Of a DNA stretch of 10,783 bases, positions 6,057 to 10,783 are shown in pieces. Numbering within the stretch: position 1 is the stretch's first letter; each line of letters starts with the position of its first letter. The notes under the pieces are model-generated. The model made no database searches and was not told where the DNA came from. It saw nothing but the letters and a program-made list of their open reading frames with translations. The position numbers and the translations under genes are program-made. This stretch comes from Nitrospinota bacterium (GTDB taxonomy: Bacteria > UBA8248), in assembly GCA_036231405.1 (NCBI GenBank), contig JAZAHK010000004.1, positions 1 to 10,783 of the forward strand, written 5' to 3'.

Positions 6057-8864
6057 TTATTTTCCACAACAAAACTTGTATTTTTTTCCACTACCGCAAG
6101 GACAGGGAGAATTTCTTCCAACTTTAGGATCGCTTCTCCTAACAGGGGACAGAACTTGCGCTTCAGATTCTTCTGAAGCGTTGTCAAAACCTGATACTTC
6201 TTGGTGGGTATATACAAGATTCTCACTTTCATCATGCTTCGTGATAATATCGCCATCATCAGAGACATCCAAGCGATAGAGATACGTTACTGTATCCGAT
6301 TCAATTTTTTCTGTAAGTTCCTCAAACATATGATATGCCTCTTTCTTGTACTCATTGAGAGGATTTACCTGGGCATATCCTCTCAGACCGATACCTTCTT
6401 TAAGATGATCTATATTGGTCAAGTGTTCTTTCCAATGAGAGTCTAAAATTTGAAGATAAACCATCATTTGCCATTCTTGAAACAGTTCATCTCCCAAATG
6501 CGCATATTTTTTCACCAAAACGTCCATCACCATTGAATGGATTTTTGCTCTGAGTTCTTCAACTGTCTCTTCTTCTATATTTAACACACGATCTAAACCT
6601 TCAAATTCAATTTGGTATCCACTAATTTTAGATGTAATACTAAATTGAGATTCTATGTTCGTCTTAAAAGCATCCAAATCCCATTCCTCAAAGTGAACTG
6701 ACTCCGGAAAATGAACATCGAGAATTCCTTCAAGAACATTGATCACCATTTCTTTTATTTGATCTGTTATTTCTTCTCCATCAAGCATGGAACGCCTTAA
6801 GGAGTAAATAACGTCTCTTTGCATATTCATAACGTCGTCGTATTCCAAAATATTCTTTCTCATTTCAAAATGATGGGCTTCAACACGCTTCTGTGCTCCC
6901 TCTATTGAACGAGTTACCATTTTCGCCTCAATTGGAACACCTTCCTCCATTCCCAACTTCTCCATCAATCCTTTTATACGATCAGAACCAAAAATACGGA
7001 GCAAATCATCTTCAAGAGAAAGATAAAATCTAGAACTGCCTGGATCTCCTTGTCTTCCTGAACGTCCCCTCAACTGATTATCAATTCTTCTACTTTCATG
7101 CCTTTCAGTAGCAAGAACATGTAGCCCTCCTAATGCAATCACTTCTTCACGTTCCGCTTCACATTGTTGGATATACTCTTGAAGCAGTGCTTCCCTTCCT
7201 TGATCATCTTTTTTATTGGAGTTGTTTAAAAGAAATTCTGGATTCCCACCTAAAAGGATATCTGTTCCCCTTCCCGCCATATTAGTAGAAATAGTAATCG
7301 CAGATTTTCTACCTGCCTGTGCAATAATTTCTGCCTCATGAGAATGATGTTTCGCATTTAAAATATGATGCGGAACACCTCTTTTTTTCAGAATCTTCGA
7401 TAACTGCTCACTCTTGTCAATATTAATTGTTCCAACTAAAACAGGCCTTCCTGATTTATAACATTCGGAAAGTTCCTCCACTACTGCGTCCATTTTCTCC
7501 GAATCCGTCTTATAAATTACGTCAGGATATTCTGTACGAATTAAAGTCTTATTAGTTGGGATAACAATTACATCCAAATTGTAAATTTCCTTAAATTCTT
7601 TTGCTTCCGTATCTGCTGTACCTGTCATTCCAGATAATTTTTCATAGAGACGGAAATAATTTTGAAAAGTAATTGTTGCAAGAGTGACATTTTCTTCTTG
7701 AACTTCAACTTTCTCTTTCGCCTCTAAAGCTTGATGAAGCCCATCTCCAAAGCGCCTACCTGGAGTTAAGCGTCCAGTAAATTCATCCACTATGATCACC
7801 TGTCCATCTTTCACAACATAATCTATATCTTTTGTGAATAAAACGTATGCTTTAAGGGACTGTTCGACATGGTGTAAAATGGAAATACTTTCCATATCAT
7901 ACAAACTCTTCCCTTCGTCAAGTATTCCTGCAGAACTCAGGATTTTTTCTGCTTCCACGCCGCCTATTTCTTTCAAATTTGCCGTTCTCGATTTCTCATC
8001 AACTATCAAATATTTATATTGTTTTTTGCTAATTGCATCTTTGCCACCTTCGACATAATCATCTTTATTAATTTCTGGCACTATGTCTGCATCTTCTTCT
8101 TGAAGAAGCTTTCTAATAATTCGATTAACAGAAAGGTACAATTTGGTGGCTTCTTCTGCTGGACCACTAATTATTAGTGGAGTCCTCGCTTCATCAATTA
8201 AGATGCTATCAACCTCATCGACGATTCCAAAAGATAATTCTCTCTGGATCCTACTCCCTCTTTCAAACTTCATGTTATCTCTAAGGTAATCAAAACCAAA
8301 TTCGTTATTCGTACCGTAAGTAATATCGCATAAGTACGCTTCTTTTCTTTCTTCGTCATCCATAGAATGTTGTATACATCCAACTGTGAGACCAAGAAAC
8401 CTAAATATCTGTCCCATCCATTCAGAGTCACGTTTAGCTAAATAGTCATTTACTGTAACTATATGCACTCCCTTTCCAGCAAGTGCATTCAGGAAAGCTG
8501 GTAAAGTAGCGACAAGAGTTTTACCTTCTCCTGTTTTCATTTCAGAAATTTTTCCTCTATGCAGAACGATCCCGCCAACAAGTTGCACATCAAAGTGCCT
8601 CATTTGCAAAACCCTTTTCCCTGCTTCTCTAACTATTGCAAAAGATTCTACGAGAAGATCCTCAAGAGGTTCTCCTTTTTTCACCCTATCTTTTAAAAAT
8701 TGAGTTTGTTCACATAATTGAGAATCGCTAAAGTCTACCATCTTATTTTCTAATGAGTTGATAGCTTCAACCATTGGTTGTAATTTTCTTATCTCTCTAT
8801 CATTGGCTGTTCCAACAAGAGATTTAATTGCTGACAAGCTTTTGTCTAAACTAAATATCGGCAT
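6057..8864 (-). CDS. secA: Preprotein translocase ATPase SecA
   Basis: 935 aa with MRHFDVQ, Walker [91 protein letters not shown] and a C-terminal SEC-C motif. AGGAG SD 9 nt upstream. Confidence 0.99.
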   Translation of the reverse strand: MPIFSLDKSLSAIKSLVGTANDREIRKLQPMVEAINSLENKMVDFSDSQLCEQTQFLKDRVKKGEPLEDLLVESFAIVREAGKRVLQMRHFDVQLVGGIVLHRGKISEMKTGEGKTLVATLPAFLNALAGKGVHIVTVNDYLAKRDSEWMGQIFRFLGLTVGCIQHSMDDEERKEAYLCDITYGTNNEFGFDYLRDNMKFERGSRIQRELSFGIVDEVDSILIDEARTPLIISGPAEEATKLYLSVNRIIRKLLQEEDADIVPEINKDDYVEGGKDAISKKQYKYLIVDEKSRTANLKEIGGVEAEKILSSAGILDEGKSLYDMESISILHHVEQSLKAYVLFTKDIDYVVKDGQVIIVDEFTGRLTPGRRFGDGLHQALEAKEKVEVQEENVTLATITFQNYFRLYEKLSGMTGTADTEAKEFKEIYNLDVIVIPTNKTLIRTEYPDVIYKTDSEKMDAVVEELSECYKSGRPVLVGTINIDKSEQLSKILKKRGVPHHILNAKHHSHEAEIIAQAGRKSAITISTNMAGRGTDILLGGNPEFLLNNSNKKDDQGREALLQEYIQQCEAEREEVIALGGLHVLATERHESRRIDNQLRGRSGRQGDPGSSRFYLSLEDDLLRIFGSDRIKGLMEKLGMEEGVPIEAKMVTRSIEGAQKRVEAHHFEMRKNILEYDDVMNMQRDVIYSLRRSMLDGEEITDQIKEMVINVLEGILDVHFPESVHFEEWDLDAFKTNIESQFSITSKISGYQIEFEGLDRVLNIEEETVEELRAKIHSMVMDVLVKKYAHLGDELFQEWQMMVYLQILDSHWKEHLTNIDHLKEGIGLRGYAQVNPLNEYKKEAYHMFEELTEKIESDTVTYLYRLDVSDDGDIITKHDESENLVYTHQEVSGFDNASEESEAQVLSPVRRSDPKVGRNSPCPCGSGKKYKFCCGK
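6060..6125 (-). other. SEC-C metal-binding motif of SecA ([22 protein letters not shown], four-Cys form)
   Basis: Canonical [13 protein letters not shown] pattern at the C-terminus. Confidence 0.95.
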
Positions 8865-8873
8865 TTTAATAGG

Positions 8874-8878
8874 CTCCT
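8874..8878 (-). promoter_or_regulatory. Shine-Dalgarno of secA (AGGAG)
   Basis: + strand CTCCT at 8874-8878 reads AGGAG on the - strand, 9 nt before ATG 8864. Confidence 0.8.
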
Positions 8879-8929
8879 GGTTTATTGTGATCCTAAACCA
8901 AACATATCAAAAATTAGAACACAAAATAA

Positions 8930-8940
8930 ATTTTAACATA
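8930..8940 (-). promoter_or_regulatory. Possible extended -10 promoter for secA (TATGtTAAAAT)
   Basis: The minus strand reads TATG-T-TAAAAT, matching TRTGnTAnAAT, within the 91-bp M23-secA spacer. The -35 match is weak (GTAACA at 18-nt spacing). The AT-rich background makes a chance match possible. Confidence 0.35.
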
Positions 8941-8955
8941 GAGCTAAACCGAATG

Positions 8956-9918
8956 TTACTTCTGGGCGTACAGGTCTATGATATAGCCCATGGGATTTAC
9001 AGATTTCTGCTTAATGATTACCTCATAATGCAAGTGAGGACCTGTAGATCTGCCAGTATTCCCGACCTTAGCAATAATCTCCCCACGTCTCACCTGCTGT
9101 CCCTTACGAACCAGATTGATTTGATTATGTGCATACCGTGTTATTATCCCTGGAAGATGTCTTATCTTTATATAATTTCCATACCTAGAATCTCTTGTAG
9201 CCGCTATCACTATTCCATCTGCTGGTGATAAAATCGGAGCTCCAAGTCTTGTATATATGTCAATACCCCTGTGAAATTCTCTTTTAGAGGTAAACGGAGA
9301 TCTTCTAAATCCGTAACCGGATGTTATCCATCCTCTCGCAGGGATAATCGAAGGAGTATGTGCTAAACGAAAACGATTTTTTTGAAAAATTCTCAGAATT
9401 TGTGATAACGATTTATTTTTAAGAACGCTCCTTCTTTCAATATCTATTGATTGTCTGCTAATCCTTCGGAATAATTTTCTTTCGCTATCAGTTAAAGTTC
9501 TTGATTTTTTTGAAAAATTCTCATCCATAATCCCACCAATGGGCAAATCAAGGCTTTGCTGAGTGTGACGCATAGATGCCATCATTCGCAACTTCCCTTC
9601 TAGTAAGGAAAGTTGATTCAAATTTTTATTGATAGTTGATAATTTACTCTCGAAACGCTTTATTACATTACTTTGTGAATCAATCCGATTTTCTAAAATA
9701 GGAAGTTTACTTAATTTATTCGTCAGTTCAAAACGATCAAATAACAAGTATGCAGAAAGAAAACAAGAAGCCACAAAGATAGCAACAAAAAGAAAAACAC
9801 CGAAAATATTTACATTGTATCTCGGAAAATTAGATAGTTTCTGAGATAAATCTATCAGTTTATGAGTGCTTATTCTGTCATGAGATACTAAAAAGACGCT
9901 GTATTTCTTCCTTTTCAA
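8956..9918 (-). CDS. M23 family metallopeptidase (peptidoglycan endopeptidase, MepM/NlpD-like) with N-terminal TM anchor and coiled coil
   Basis: TTG start with an AGGA SD (9925-9928) 6 nt upstream. Hydrophobic helix IFGVFLFVAIFVASCFLSAYLLF, then a heptad-like region, then TPSIIPARGWITSGYG, HRGID (HxxxD), YAHN and GNTGRSTGPHLHYEV (HxH). The zinc ligands are intact. Confidence 0.93.
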   Translation of the reverse strand: MKRKKYSVFLVSHDRISTHKLIDLSQKLSNFPRYNVNIFGVFLFVAIFVASCFLSAYLLFDRFELTNKLSKLPILENRIDSQSNVIKRFESKLSTINKNLNQLSLLEGKLRMMASMRHTQQSLDLPIGGIMDENFSKKSRTLTDSERKLFRRISRQSIDIERRSVLKNKSLSQILRIFQKNRFRLAHTPSIIPARGWITSGYGFRRSPFTSKREFHRGIDIYTRLGAPILSPADGIVIAATRDSRYGNYIKIRHLPGIITRYAHNQINLVRKGQQVRRGEIIAKVGNTGRSTGPHLHYEVIIKQKSVNPMGYIIDLYAQK

Positions 9919-9948
9919 AACAATTCCTAACTAAATAAGAAGACAACA

Positions 9949-9977
9949 ATGTTATGAATAAAAATAATATTTTGCAA
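9949..9977 (-). promoter_or_regulatory. Putative sigma70 promoter for the M23-secA transcript
   Basis: Minus strand TTGCAA (9977-9972), 17 nt, TAACAT (9954-9949), in the 65-bp spacer about 30 nt upstream of the M23 start. Confidence 0.4.
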
Positions 9978-9983
9978 AAGACA

Positions 9984-10781
9984 CTAGCGCATAACTGATC
10001 CGGAATCAACAAGTATCGATTGTCCGGTTATAGTTCTAGCATCATCACTTGCCAAAAAAGTTACAACACGTCCTATATCTTCCGGTGTCTGTTCAAGATT
10101 TAAAGGAGTTTGTTTAACGAAATAATTAAAAACCTCTCTCGAACTCATTTTTTCAAGTTCAGGTATCTTCGTCTTATAAAGAGGTGAAAGCTTCTTCCAC
10201 ATATCACTCCACACCAAACCAGGACAAACTGTATTAACGGTAATACCACTTGAAGCCAATTCTTTCGCAAGTGATTGCGAAAAAATAACAACAGCGGCCT
10301 TACTCGAAGAATAGTGTGGAATATATTCTCTACCATCAAAAGCCGCCCTTGATGCAATATTAATTATACGTCCTAATTTCGAAGGTATCATGGACTCAAT
10401 AACTGACTTGCAAAGGAAAAAAATTCCTCTGGTATTTACTTGAAATGTTTCATCCCAATCAGAACCAGTAATATCTGCCAGCGGCTTCCCCAAAGCAAGA
10501 TCTGAAGACCCAAGTACTCCTGCGTTATTTACAAGAATATCTATTTCTCCAAATTTTTCAGTAACACTACTGACTAGTTTTTCGCAAGAATCTTCTTGTT
10601 TTACATCTAATGGGAAGCATTCGATTTCTACTGAATATTTCTCTAATTCTTTTTTTAATTTTTGCAGTTCAGCGTGACGTAAATCTCCCAAGGCAAGATT
10701 CGTCCCTTCCTCTGCAAAACACCTTGCTATTCCATATCCTATAGAACCGCTTGCTCCTGTAATTAATGCGAGTTTTCCCTT
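9984..10781 (-). CDS. Classical short-chain dehydrogenase/reductase, probably NAD(H)-dependent (5'-truncated by a few codons at window edge)
   Basis: The frame of the listed ORF is open to the window end: KGKLALITGASGSIGYGIARCFAEEGTNLALGDL..., so TTG10691 is an internal Leu. Motifs: glycine-rich TGASGSIG, Asp after beta-2 (LGD, suggesting NAD preference), VNNAG, NIAS, YSSSK, VCPGLVWSDMW and ITGQSILVD. Confidence 0.93.
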   Translation of the reverse strand, partial: KGKLALITGASGSIGYGIARCFAEEGTNLALGDLRHAELQKLKKELEKYSVEIECFPLDVKQEDSCEKLVSSVTEKFGEIDILVNNAGVLGSSDLALGKPLADITGSDWDETFQVNTRGIFFLCKSVIESMIPSKLGRIINIASRAAFDGREYIPHYSSSKAAVVIFSQSLAKELASSGITVNTVCPGLVWSDMWKKLSPLYKTKIPELEKMSSREVFNYFVKQTPLNLEQTPEDIGRVVTFLASDDARTITGQSILVDSGSVMR

Positions 10782-10783
10782 TA

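Noticed and set aside
6060..6125. Functional link between the SecA metal-binding tail and the neighbouring iron transporter
   Set aside because: The SEC-C motif is standard in most SecA proteins, so proximity gives no evidence of a link.
6026..6446. Short ORFs 6026..6268 (-), 6076..6279 (+) and 6201..6446 (+)
   Set aside because: They are alternative-frame or antisense overlaps of the conserved secA 3' end with no independent evidence.
8956..9000. M23 C-terminus as a SecM-like arrest peptide
   Set aside because: It ends in ...NPMGYIIDLYAQK with no RAGP/RAPP-type arrest motif. An M23 gene upstream of secA is a known common arrangement.
8758..9228. 156-aa + strand ORF spanning the secA start and M23 3' end
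   Set aside because: It is antisense to two well-supported genes, has no recognisable motif, and has a composition typical of a shadow ORF.
9970..9979. Perfect palindrome TTTTGCAAAA over the putative -35 element
   Set aside because: It is short and A/T-rich in an AT-rich spacer, so chance is likely, and I cannot assign it to a regulator.
7834..10357. Small ORFs 7834..8058, 9629..9844 and 10145..10357
   Set aside because: They are nested shadow frames inside secA, the M23 gene and the SDR gene.
1..10783. CRISPR arrays, tRNA/rRNA, IS elements, prophage or defence genes, tandem repeats
   Set aside because: None seen. All intergenic gaps are 142 bp or shorter, and every long ORF maps to a known housekeeping, transport or metabolic family.

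Overview
AT-rich, densely coding bacterial window with two convergent gene blocks. On the + strand is a Fe(III) ABC transporter operon: a 5'-truncated FutA/FbpA-type binding protein, a stem-loop, a fused double permease and an ATPase with a TOBE-like tail. On the - strand, in transcription order, are a 5'-truncated classical SDR, a membrane-anchored M23 peptidase, secA, an LLM-class flavin-dependent oxidoreductase and a MmgE/PrpD-family protein. I saw no tRNA/rRNA, CRISPR array, mobile element or defence system, and I cannot support a wholly new system. The best leads are modest: (1) an LLM + MmgE/PrpD pair of unknown function apparently co-transcribed behind secA; (2) strongly basic exported proteins alongside an acidic loop insertion in the SecA preprotein-crosslinking domain; (3) a hairpin overlapping the secA Shine-Dalgarno where no secM is present; (4) a 4-codon uORF coupled to the permease start. 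All family calls come from motif recognition by eye, not from database searches.
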